A stretch of 59,046 bases of DNA, filler included. It is 4 parts of 4 records of this genome, joined end to end, with 100 filler letters (N's around TTAATTAATTAA, not from the genome) between each part and the next. Parts side by side here need not be neighbours in the genome. Positions count along the whole stretch, not along the records: positions 1 to 29,908 come from SRR20825019_999; positions 30,009 to 43,858 come from SRR20825019_1000; 2 more parts are not named here. One strand, given 5' to 3'. The notes under the pieces were generated by a model, which was given only the letters and a program-made list of their open reading frames with translations, was not told where the DNA came from and searched no databases. Shown in pieces: positions 25,814-35,127 of this stretch. Positions within the stretch are counted from its first letter, which is position 1, and each line of letters opens with the position of its first letter. The translations under genes were made by a program, and so were the position numbers.

Positions 25814-26477
25814 ATGAATCTAGAAGAATACCATCTCAACGTGCTTCAAGCGCTTGCATGCCGGCACGGTGGCGCCGATCCTCTAAAGGTCAAAGAATGT
25901 GTCACAGAGGCTCAGCGACTGTCATATTTTCAAGAAGTGGACACCAAACCCGGAGCTTTCATGTGATCCTACTTGTCCTTCTTCACTTTGCCAGGACTTT
26001 CTAGGCACAGCAGAGTTGCTGGCCGGCGAATCCTGTGTGCTTACGAGAGAGGATGGGATATGGCGTCCCGGAACAGTTTCAAAATTCTTCAAGAAAAAAT
26101 GAAGCTAATGCTCGACAAGGTAGTACATGCACCGTGCTATTATGCAGACTGATACCTGGAGCTAGAGGAGCTACTGACCATGCGTACGACAGGACGCTGC
26201 AATCGAGCGTAAGAAAAAGATGATCAATGATGAGAAATTGAACCAGGAAACTCATTTGAGAGATGGTGTCAAGCAATGCAGAAACTGCAAGCAGTTGCTC
26301 CTGCGTGTATCCGGGTGTGACACCGTTGGCTGTGGTGGCAGTCCTCACGGCACAGACACGCTTGAAGGTTACTGCGGCACACAATTTAAGTGGAGTCAAC
26401 TCTCACCGTACAAGCCCCCTGAGGTGAAGCAAACATCTCTCCGCCCGCAGTCAAAGGACAAGTCCACATCTAATTGA
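25814..26477 (+). CDS. Putative small multi-exon gene ending in an RBR RING2/Rcat-like Cys motif (boundaries uncertain)
   Basis: Last clear exon VKQCRNCKQLLLRVSGCDTVGCGG...GYCGTQFKW resembles CxxC-x7-GC-x4-C...CG..F.W. Upstream exons were not resolved. Confidence 0.4.
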
Positions 26478-28002
26478 CGCTGTCTGATACATAACCTTAC
26501 TGATTTGCCACGTAGAGCCGTGAGTGTCGCCAGTTGTACGAGCAGGTGGAGCAGGCAGTATTCAAGAAAGCACTGTGCGGTCTACGACCACAGCCCTCAG
26601 CAATGAGAGGTCCGTGAGCATTCCGGATTGCCGCCCGGGAGATCGGACTGACACTTCTGTAATCGTTATTGCAGAATGGAGAGCGGGCTGCTCAAATCAC
26701 TACTGATCGAGGGAGATACTATTGCAAAAGCTGCTGCATTCAACCATCTAATACTCATTATACAAGCTTGGCTGTGGCTCCATAATGGCACTAACTTCAG
26801 GTAAGCCCCAGAGGATCACGGTCTCTTGTGGGCTAATATCAGTATTGCAACAGGCTTTCTCAGTGGCGAATACGAAAATCGCAGTCTCAGAGACCTTTTG
26901 AGTCGTCCAACATGGGTCAGTTGCTCAGGAATCGTTGTTGTTGGAGTAGAATCATACAGGGAGGCTTGCAATGCCATGCAGACAGGGAATTTTGGGTGCG
27001 AATTCGCGAGCAGTTTGTGCGTGTCATTTACTCCTTGCCCTCTCTTTGGTTCTAACATTCACTCCAATGGGTGTAGGGAGAAGTGACGATGGAATCCCCA
27101 GTGCAGCGAGCCTGTCAGGCTCTGTGGACAATGGTAGAAACACTAGTGGGGATGCACAATACCGTTGTAGACCGACGGAACGATGGTGAGTGGTCCAAAC
27201 TGGAGATGTGCCGGCACCGGAGCCTGATCTGATGGTGGTATGCGCATAGGTGCTCCGCCGCTCTAGATCCGGGTAGGATAGCGGCATTGTCACCGTCGCC
27301 GCGGGATCGCCGCGCATCTTCCTGTCAGAGGTGTGCCCGGAGCATTTGCTGTTTGGTGTGCCAATTGTCACGCAGGGCCCTCGCCGACTCCCCGGCATCA
27401 GGCCGGCGAGCGCTCCTAGCGTCCCTGACCTCGATTCCTGTTCGTTGGATGGGGATGGGGTGTGGGCATCCGACTGGACCCGCAGCCGATTGGACCCTAG
27501 CACTGACCAAGCCTACGGATGCACTTTGCCCAGAAATAATCTAATTCGTGAGATAATTATCTCCCATGGTGCAGATTATCTTCGAATAACGATCTATTCA
27601 CAAGGAACGGCCAATTTCACGTCAGCATGTTGCCTGGGCATGTGGTTCGGGGGGCCGGGATCCCACCAGTCCCGGCGGCAGTTCCACCATCAAGTTCCGG
27701 ACGGCGGCCAGCACGCCCTGTGAGCAGGACGGGCGGGCCGCGGCACCGAGGCGCCTGGCCGGGCCGGCCTCGCGCTTCGTTGCCGACGCCGGCCGGCCGG
27801 CCCCAGTGAGCCGCCGCGCCGTGCGGCGCCGGCGGGTCCGCCGGGACCGGCTCTGAGAGCGCACCAGCACGGCCACACTGATACCTTGTCTCTCGATCAC
27901 CTGCCCGCGCAGTTAGTGACCGGCGGCGGCCCCATCACCTGGGCCACGCTAAGTAAGGGCAGGGATTTGAGCATGTAGTCCATGCAGGGCAAGGTGAGAT
28001 AG

Positions 28003-29829
28003 ATGGCTTCAACTGAACCCCTGAAGCTCGTGCAGCCCGGCGTGACGAAAAAGACACGCGGCAGCTACAGCAACAGAGTGTGTGACGGCTGCCACAAGGC
28101 AAAGAGGAAGTGCAATGGAGGGAGTCCGTGTTCAGGCTGCCTCAAAAGGAGTTACGAGTGCACCTACTCCAGGCAGGACGGCCGCACCCAACGTGCCACG
28201 CCAAACTCCCGTCGGGGCACCAACATTGCTGCTGCGTTCAGTCCAGCCGCATTGCGCACTGCAATGGAGACAGCTATGTTCAATGGTCCAGTATCGACTG
28301 CGATGGGTGCTGTCCGGCCAGCGTTCAGCATGGAAGATAACATGGGGAAGTCTTACCTACGGCGATACTGTGTCAGTCTGTTCGCAGAACGGATGGATGC
28401 CTTCGGTTTCCTGGTTGGTCGTCAAACTCTCAGTCGGGTGCTCCAGAGGCTGGACGCAGGGGAGCTTGTGGAAGTGGACTATCAGTTCGTCGCGACGGGG
28501 GTGACTGCCTTGGTGCAGCACAACCTCCATCAGTTCAGTGAAGCAGCCGAGACCGTGAAGTCAGCAAAGGCGATGGTGCCACAGCTAATGGAATATAGCA
28601 GTCACGCCTCCGTGGCCGGCACGGCCTTGCTGGCGCAGTACAGCTGTTACACCGGCAACTCTCTCGCGACAGACATGTACGCCGCCATGGCATTGACACT
28701 GGCACACCACCTCCCACGGGACATGAACGAGCGTTCCCGTGCCCATTCGGCTGGTGTGGGCGCATACCCTTCTTTCCTCTGCAGCGAGAAGGAAATCGAG
28801 CGGAGTATCACCGCATTTGAGCAGGAGTACCCGAGATCATCCCCAGTCTATCCGTTCCGGCTTCGATTCATGTCTATCCTTCGGGACGTGGTGCGGGACC
28901 GCGGGTCATCGCTTCTCTTTTATGTGGAGAATTGGATGCGTCGGAGCGCGGATGGGCTGAGTGACCCCGATTCACTCTTTCACTTTTCAGGCCGGCGGCG
29001 TCGCGAAGGCTTGTTGGTTCATCAACGCCGCCACGGAATTGTGATGGTGGATGTGTTTGGAATGGAGCATAAGGCCTTGTCTCCAGATGCCGCACAGTTC
29101 CTGCTGCACGAGGTGAACGAAACCGCGGTTGATATGGGCGAGATGGCTGTGATGGAACACGGGATTCAGTCCATTCTTTGTGCAGAGAGTGGCGTGGTGG
29201 CATCGCTGCACATGCTGATATCCGACCTCCTGCGTGCCTTGGTGACATGGGCGTCAGGAAATGTTGAAGAGACTGCGTCCATTGTGAAGTCATGGTTTGG
29301 TTTCCTGAAGGAGATGGATATCCAATTTGCACCGCCGTGCTTCGTGGATCTCCTGGCGATACCTGTGGAGTTCTCATTCTGGCAAGGGGATAAGGATGCA
29401 CTCGAGATGCTGCATCGTGTCTTGTCAAGGATGGCTCCCGCTAATGCTCGCGTCAAGCCAGTCGTGCCGCTGGTAGAATCCATGATTGCTGCACTGGCGA
29501 ACACCGAGATTGCCCCTCAAGGGAATTTTGGTGCCAGGGCCCGGCCTGGTAGCAGCTGTGGCACTGATCATATGCAGTCCAATGTTTGGTCCCCGGAGCC
29601 GTGGGCACACGACACCGGATCCTCCTTAGGTGATAGTAGCACTGTAGAGGTACCCTGGGAGGTTGAAGCTGACTGCCTGGCTGTGAACGCGGCAGTAGGA
29701 TTGCCTGTGGAGGGGGGTGGGCCGTGCCTATCCGAACTCGATGATGGCGCTTCTGGTGAAGCTGTGGGAGGAGCGGACCTTGTTGAGTGCGAAGGACTTG
29801 GCTGGGGAAACCCGGTATTCTCGGAGTGA
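28003..29829 (+). CDS. Zn(II)2Cys6 binuclear-cluster transcription factor
   Basis: CDGCHKAKRKCNGGSPCSGCLKRSYECTY fits C-x2-C-x6-C-x5-C-x2-C-x6-C. Helical middle region and acidic C-terminus. May contain in-frame introns. Confidence 0.85.
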   Translation: MASTEPLKLVQPGVTKKTRGSYSNRVCDGCHKAKRKCNGGSPCSGCLKRSYECTYSRQDGRTQRATPNSRRGTNIAAAFSPAALRTAMETAMFNGPVSTAMGAVRPAFSMEDNMGKSYLRRYCVSLFAERMDAFGFLVGRQTLSRVLQRLDAGELVEVDYQFVATGVTALVQHNLHQFSEAAETVKSAKAMVPQLMEYSSHASVAGTALLAQYSCYTGNSLATDMYAAMALTLAHHLPRDMNERSRAHSAGVGAYPSFLCSEKEIERSITAFEQEYPRSSPVYPFRLRFMSILRDVVRDRGSSLLFYVENWMRRSADGLSDPDSLFHFSGRRRREGLLVHQRRHGIVMVDVFGMEHKALSPDAAQFLLHEVNETAVDMGEMAVMEHGIQSILCAESGVVASLHMLISDLLRALVTWASGNVEETASIVKSWFGFLKEMDIQFAPPCFVDLLAIPVEFSFWQGDKDALEMLHRVLSRMAPANARVKPVVPLVESMIAALANTEIAPQGNFGARARPGSSCGTDHMQSNVWSPEPWAHDTGSSLGDSSTVEVPWEVEADCLAVNAAVGLPVEGGGPCLSELDDGASGEAVGGADLVECEGLGWGNPVFSE

Positions 29830-29908
29830 AATCTGGCCATCCATTTTTTCGCACATTTGGGTGAAACAGATGTTTCAGGAATATGCCCCCCCCCCCCCCC
29901 CCCCCCCC

Positions 29909-30008
29909 NNNNNNNNNNNNNNNNNNNNNNNNNNNNNNNNNNNNNNNNNNNNTTAATTAATTAANNNNNNNNNNNNNNNNNNNNNNNNNNNNNNNNNNNN
30001 NNNNNNNN
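29909..30008. other. Artificial contig linker N44-TTAATTAATTAA-N44
   Basis: Exact 100-nt spacer with stops in all six frames; base composition changes abruptly across it. Confidence 0.98.
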
Positions 30009-30417
30009 TGAAGAAATGGTAAAAGAATTAAACCTTGAACCAATAGCACGACTGGTAAGTTTTACTGCCGTAGGTGTAGAACCAAGGATCATGGGTATTG
30101 GACCAATAAAGGCAATTCCGAAAGCTTTAAAACAAGCTGGACTTAAACAAGATCAATTAGAACTAATAGAATTAAACGAAGCTTTTGCTTCGCAATCATT
30201 AGCTGTAATTAGAGAACTTGGCTTAGACAAAGAAAGAGTAAATGTAAATGGAGGGGCCATTGCTTTAGGGCATCCACTTGGTTGTACTGGCGCAAAACTT
30301 TCTGTCCAATTATTTGATGAAATGCGCAAAAGAAACCTTCAAGGAAAATATGGAATGGTAACAATGTGCGTAGGAACCGGGCAAGGAGCTGCGGGGGTTT
30401 ATGAATTTTTGAAATAG
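30009..30417 (+). CDS. fadA: Acetyl-CoA C-acyltransferase (thiolase), 5'-truncated by the contig end
   Basis: [13 protein letters not shown] and MCVGTGQG thiolase motifs. Confidence 0.93.
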
Positions 30418-30421
30418 TAGT

Positions 30422-30463
30422 AAGAACCAAGATTCTAGAGCCTAGAGCCAAGAGAAAAGACAA
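30422..30463 (+). repeat. Six 7-nt units (WAGANNN) upstream of the four-helix-bundle gene
   Basis: AAGAACC AAGATTC TAGAGCC TAGAGCC AAGAGAA AAGACAA. Confidence 0.8.
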
Positions 30464-30465
30464 TT

Positions 30466-30816
30466 ATGCATAATTTTAAAAAGCTAAAAATATGGATAGA
30501 GAGTATGAATCTTGTTTCTGAAACATATAAAATCACTCGAAATTTTCCAGATTTTGAAAAATTCGGTTTGATTTCACAAATGAATAGATGTGCTGTATCC
30601 ATACCCTCAAATATTGCTGAAGGCTCAAGTAAAAGCACTAATAAACATTTTAAACAATATTTGGAAGTTAGTTTGGGTTCGTCTTTTGAATTAGAAACGC
30701 AATTAATCATTGCTTTTAATGAATCATATATTTCAGAAGAAAATTTTAAACTTATAGAAGAAAGAATAAAACAAATTCAAAAAATGATTTTAGGATTCAA
30801 ATCTGGACTTGTATAA
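30466..30816 (+). CDS. Four-helix-bundle protein (23S rRNA IVP / Avd-like family)
   Basis: MHNFKKLKIW...FPDFEKFGLISQMNRCAVSIPSNIAEG...F..YL..SLGSSFELETQL, the family signature. Confidence 0.93.
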   Translation: MHNFKKLKIWIESMNLVSETYKITRNFPDFEKFGLISQMNRCAVSIPSNIAEGSSKSTNKHFKQYLEVSLGSSFELETQLIIAFNESYISEENFKLIEERIKQIQKMILGFKSGLV

Positions 30817-30844
30817 AAGTCTTGACTCTTGGTTCTTAAATCTA
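30817..30844 (-). repeat. Four 7-nt units (NNNTCTW), inverted relative to the upstream array
   Basis: AAGTCTT GACTCTT GGTTCTT AAATCTA. 30827-30838 is the exact reverse complement of 30421-30432 (TAAGAACCAAGA). Confidence 0.8.
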
Positions 30845-30857
30845 AATATCTCAAAAA

Positions 30858-32666
30858 ATGAATACAGAAAAAACAAAAACCGAATTGCTCCGAGGCGGAC
30901 AATTTTTAGTAAAAGAAACCAAGGCCGAAGATGTTTTTACTCCGGAAGATTTTTCGGAAGAACAAAAAATGATGCGCGATTCCGTTAAGGAATTTGTTGA
31001 CCGTGAAATTTGGCCGAATAAAGAACGATTTGAGCATAAAGATTATGCCCTAACTGAAGAAATAATGCGTAAAGCTGGTGATCTTGGCCTTTTGGGTGTT
31101 GCTGTGCCTGAGGAATATGGTGGATTGGGAATGGGCTTTGTAACAACAATGCTTGTTTGTGACTATATTTCGGGGGCTACAGGTTCAATTGCAACTGCAT
31201 TTGGCGCACATACCGGAATTGGCACCATGCCAATTACACTTTATGGAACCGACGAACAGATTAAAAAATATGTGCCAAAACTTGCCAGTGGCGAATGGTT
31301 TGGTGCGTATGCTTTAACGGAACCTGGAGCGGGAAGCGATGCCAACAGCGGAAAAACTAAGGCTGTTCTTTCTGAAGATGGCACCTATTATTCCATCTCT
31401 GGTCAGAAAATGTGGATTTCAAATGCTGGATTTTGTAGCACTTTTATAGTTTTCGCTAGAATCGAAGACGATAAAAACATTACTGGTTTTATTGTTGAAA
31501 ATGATCCTAGTAATGGAATTTCACTGGGCGAAGAAGAGAAAAAGTTAGGAATTCACTCCTCCTCTACGCGTCAGGTGTTCTTCAATGAAACAAAAGTTCC
31601 TGTAGAAAATATGCTTGCTGGTCGTGGAGAAGGGTTTAAAATAGCCATGAATGCGCTAAACGTAGGTAGAATAAAACTTGCCGCCGCAAGTCTTGATGCA
31701 CAGCGCCGTGTAATTTCAAGCGCCGTAAAATATGCTAACGAACGTATTCAGTTTAAAGTGCCAATTTCATCATTTGGAGCCATAAAACTAAAATTAGCTG
31801 AAATGGCTACCAACGCTTATGTGAGTGAAAGCGCAAGTTACCGTGCAGGAAAAGATATAGAAGATAGAATTACATTACGTCAACAAGCTGGAGCTACTCA
31901 TCAAGAAGCCGAATTAAAAGGTGTTGAAGAATATGCAATTGAATGTTCTATCTTAAAAGTTGCCGTTTCTGAAGACATTCAAAATTGTGCCGATGAAGGA
32001 ATTCAAATATTTGGCGGAATGGGCTTTAGCGCAGACACCCCCATGGAATCTGCTTGGCGAGATGCACGTATTGCACGCATTTATGAAGGTACAAATGAGA
32101 TAAATAGAATGCTAGCTGTAGGTATGCTTGTAAAAAAAGCAATGAAAGGTCACGTGGATCTTTTAAACCCTGCTCAGGCTGTAGCTTCCGAATTAATGGG
32201 AATCCCTTCTTTTGAAACACCCGACTATTCTGAATTACTTTCTGAAGAAAAGGCTATGGTTGCAAAATTGAAAAAAGTATTTTTAATGGTTGCAGGAAGT
32301 GCGGTTCAAAAGTATGGCACTGAACTAGAAGAACATCAGCAAACATTAATGGCAGCAGCAGATATTTTGATTGAAATCTATATGGCTGAAAGTGGAATAT
32401 TGAGAACCGAGAAAAACGCTAAACGTTTTGGAGCAGATGCGCAAAAAGAACAAATTGCAATGGCTCAATTATATCTATACCACGCTGTAGATATTATAAC
32501 TGTAAAAGCAAAAGAAGCAATTTTATCGTTCTCTGAAGGTGATGAACAACGTGCCATGCTTATGGGATTAAAACGTTTCACAAAATATCAAAACACCCCA
32601 AATATTGGTGAGTTAAGAAGAACAATTGCCGAAAAAGTGATTGCTGAAAACCAGTATCCTTTTTAA
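30858..32666 (+). CDS. Acyl-CoA dehydrogenase (long, FadE/ACAD9-like)
   Basis: YALTEPGAGSDA, GQKMWISN, KLGIHSSST, ERIQF, QIFGGMGF and IYEGTNEINR. Confidence 0.95.
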   Translation: MNTEKTKTELLRGGQFLVKETKAEDVFTPEDFSEEQKMMRDSVKEFVDREIWPNKERFEHKDYALTEEIMRKAGDLGLLGVAVPEEYGGLGMGFVTTMLVCDYISGATGSIATAFGAHTGIGTMPITLYGTDEQIKKYVPKLASGEWFGAYALTEPGAGSDANSGKTKAVLSEDGTYYSISGQKMWISNAGFCSTFIVFARIEDDKNITGFIVENDPSNGISLGEEEKKLGIHSSSTRQVFFNETKVPVENMLAGRGEGFKIAMNALNVGRIKLAAASLDAQRRVISSAVKYANERIQFKVPISSFGAIKLKLAEMATNAYVSESASYRAGKDIEDRITLRQQAGATHQEAELKGVEEYAIECSILKVAVSEDIQNCADEGIQIFGGMGFSADTPMESAWRDARIARIYEGTNEINRMLAVGMLVKKAMKGHVDLLNPAQAVASELMGIPSFETPDYSELLSEEKAMVAKLKKVFLMVAGSAVQKYGTELEEHQQTLMAAADILIEIYMAESGILRTEKNAKRFGADAQKEQIAMAQLYLYHAVDIITVKAKEAILSFSEGDEQRAMLMGLKRFTKYQNTPNIGELRRTIAEKVIAENQYPF

Positions 32667-32694
32667 TAAATTTTACTGAAATAGAATTTTTATA

Positions 32695-32726
32695 GGCCTA
32701 ATAGATTATTCTATTAGGCTTCTTTA
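32695..32726 (+). terminator. Intrinsic terminator after acyl-CoA dehydrogenase
   Basis: GCCTAATAGA-ttat-TCTATTAGGC followed by TTCTTT. Confidence 0.65.
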
Positions 32727-32822
32727 TTCTATAAATCATAAAATAATTCTAAAGTTTTAGGGATTTTTATATTTTCAATTTTTTGGCGTAAAGTTTGTTA
32801 TTTTTAAGCCAAAATCATTACA

Positions 32823-33689
32823 ATGAAAAAGCTCCAATTCCTACTTATTATTTTCACTCTAAATTTCACTTTTGCACAACAGAATTCTGAAGTATATATT
32901 TTAGATGTTTTTCCTGCCTATGAAGGCTTACAATTATTAAACCTTCATAATATAGCTAACGACGATGGGTACGATAACCAACCTTCATTTGCTTCAAATG
33001 AAATAGTTTATTTTGCAGGAAATAATAACGGTCAAACAGATATTGCTGAATATAATTTGAATACAAAGTCTAAAAAATGGCTTAATCAAAAAACGGAAGG
33101 CGGGGAATATTCTCCCCAAAAATTTCCCACAACTAACAACGTAGCTGCGGTTCGTTTAGACAAAGATGGCTTGCAAAGGCTTTATACCTATAATTCAAAA
33201 ACAGGGGTTGCAACTGAAGCAATTGAAAAGATACAAGTTGCATATTTTGCTTTTTATAATGATGAAGAGATTCTAGCAACTGTTCTTGATGGTGAAAGAA
33301 TGGATTTAGTGATGCTTAATCTAAATTCAAAAACTGCCGATACACTATTTTATAATGCGGGCAGATCGATTCAAAAAGTTCCAAAAACAAATGCAATGAG
33401 TTATACTTTAGTAAATGAAGAAGGAAATCTTGACCTATATTTATTGGAGATGAATACATCAGAAAGTTTTTTTATAACTGAGCTTCCCATTGGAATCCAA
33501 GATTATGTATGGATAAACGACACACAAATTCTTGTTGGTAGCGGTTCAAAACTTTATTTATACGACACTCTAGGAATTTCTGAATGGAACCGTGTTGCTT
33601 CACTTGAAGAGTATGGAATTAAAAACATTACCCGTATGGCTATAAGCCCCAATGGGAAGAAAATAGCAGTTGTAGCAGAAAAAAAATAA
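32823..33689 (+). CDS. Secreted TolB-like beta-propeller protein, function unknown
   Basis: Signal peptide ending TFA-QQ; GYDNQPSF and AISPNGKKIAVV PD40-like motifs. Confidence 0.7.
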   Translation: MKKLQFLLIIFTLNFTFAQQNSEVYILDVFPAYEGLQLLNLHNIANDDGYDNQPSFASNEIVYFAGNNNGQTDIAEYNLNTKSKKWLNQKTEGGEYSPQKFPTTNNVAAVRLDKDGLQRLYTYNSKTGVATEAIEKIQVAYFAFYNDEEILATVLDGERMDLVMLNLNSKTADTLFYNAGRSIQKVPKTNAMSYTLVNEEGNLDLYLLEMNTSESFFITELPIGIQDYVWINDTQILVGSGSKLYLYDTLGISEWNRVASLEEYGIKNITRMAISPNGKKIAVVAEKK

Positions 33690-33782
33690 GTACTTATTAA
33701 AGTTTTAAAAGCAAAAAAGGTTTTTTTGGAGCTTGTTGTTCTTTGAGTTTCTTTTTGGTATTTTTAAACAAAAATTGTTTGA

Positions 33783-35117
33783 ATGAAAAGCCTTTTATTA
33801 CTCTTTGCTACTTTTATAATTTCATCATTCTCCTTTTCCCAAACTGATCAAAAAATCTACGCTATCATCGATTCTGTTTCTTCAAAAAGAATAGAATTAG
33901 ATATTACAACGCTTGCTAATTTCGGCACAAGAAATACATTTAGTGATACAATTAGTAATACCCGTGGTATTGGTGCTGCGCGCCGATGGATTAAAACTGA
34001 ATTTGAAAAAATTTCTAAAGACTGCAGTAATTGTTTGAATGTATTCTATCAAAAAGATTTTGTAAAGGCAGAACCGAACAATCGCATTCCTCAAGATACT
34101 TGGATTGTAAATGTTGCAGCAATTCAAAAAGGAACAAAATACCCAAATCGCTACATTATAATGAGTGGTGATATTGACTCTAGAAACAGTGATGGAAGTG
34201 ATTTCACAAAAGATGCTCCAGGAGCTAATGACAATGCAAGTGGTATGGCTGGTACCATTGAAGCTGCACGCGTGCTCTCAAAATACAAATTTGAGAATAG
34301 TATCATCTATTTGGGATTAAGTGGAGAAGAACAAGGCCTTTTTGGTGGAAAAGGATTCGCAGATTTTGCAAAAAAGAACGATTGGGAGATTGTTGGCGTT
34401 TTTAATAATGATATGATAGGCAATATAAAAGGGGTGGATGGTGTAATTAGCAATCGTGATTTTAGAATTTTTAGCGAACCAGTTCCTCCTACAGAAACTG
34501 AAAAAGAGCGCCAAATGCGACGTTTTTATGGTGGTGAAGTAGATGGAATTTCACGTCAGCTTGCTCGTTACGTATATAAAACCACGAAAATATATATGCC
34601 CGAAATGAACCCTGTTATGGTATATAGGCTAGATCGCTTTGGTCGCGGTGGCCATCATCGTCCTTTTAATGATCTTGGTTGGGCAGGTATTAGAATCATG
34701 GAAGCACACGAAAATTACAACCAACAACATCAAGACATTCGTATAGAAAATGGAATTGAATACGGCGATATGTTAAAATTCGTGAACTTTGATTATGCAG
34801 CAAAACTTACTGCTGTAAACGCAATCAATTTAGCGCGTATTGCTTGGGCACCACCCGCACCTAAAAACGTAGCTATAGGTGGTATTGTAGAAGCATCAGC
34901 TAAATTAAAATGGGAGAAAGCAGATGGTGCTGTAGGTTATAAAATTTATTGGCGGGACACCACCTCTCCTACTTGGGATCACAGTCGTTATGTTGGCGAT
35001 GTTTCTGAATTTACATTAAAAGGAATTGTAATTGATAATTCATTTTTTGGTGTAGCTTCCGTAGGAAAAAATGACAGTGAAAGTGTTGTTGTATTTCCAA
35101 ATTCTGTATTTCGATAA
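33783..35117 (+). CDS. M28 family metallopeptidase with C-terminal FN3-like domain
   Basis: SGDIDSR, PGANDNASG, GEEQGLFG, NNDMIG and GHHRPF; signal peptide. Confidence 0.88.
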   Translation: MKSLLLLFATFIISSFSFSQTDQKIYAIIDSVSSKRIELDITTLANFGTRNTFSDTISNTRGIGAARRWIKTEFEKISKDCSNCLNVFYQKDFVKAEPNNRIPQDTWIVNVAAIQKGTKYPNRYIIMSGDIDSRNSDGSDFTKDAPGANDNASGMAGTIEAARVLSKYKFENSIIYLGLSGEEQGLFGGKGFADFAKKNDWEIVGVFNNDMIGNIKGVDGVISNRDFRIFSEPVPPTETEKERQMRRFYGGEVDGISRQLARYVYKTTKIYMPEMNPVMVYRLDRFGRGGHHRPFNDLGWAGIRIMEAHENYNQQHQDIRIENGIEYGDMLKFVNFDYAAKLTAVNAINLARIAWAPPAPKNVAIGGIVEASAKLKWEKADGAVGYKIYWRDTTSPTWDHSRYVGDVSEFTLKGIVIDNSFFGVASVGKNDSESVVVFPNSVFR

Positions 35118-35127
35118 AATAAAAATT

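Noticed and set aside
26790-27600. Possible additional minus-strand gene
   Set aside because: Some splice-like signals, but no consistent reading frame or motif could be assembled.
29886-29908. Poly-C run as a telomere or regulatory tract
   Set aside because: A homopolymer at a contig end, most likely the cause or an artefact of the assembly break.
29953-29964. TTAATTAATTAA as a biological repeat or piggyBac-type TTAA site
   Set aside because: It is centred in exact 44-N pads three times; a synthetic six-frame stop spacer.
30466-30816. Evidence of an rRNA operon or a diversity-generating retroelement
   Set aside because: No rRNA sequence, reverse transcriptase or TR/VR pair is visible in the contig.
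30422-30844. Heptamer arrays as CRISPR repeats
   Set aside because: The units are 7 nt with no spacers, and there are no cas genes.
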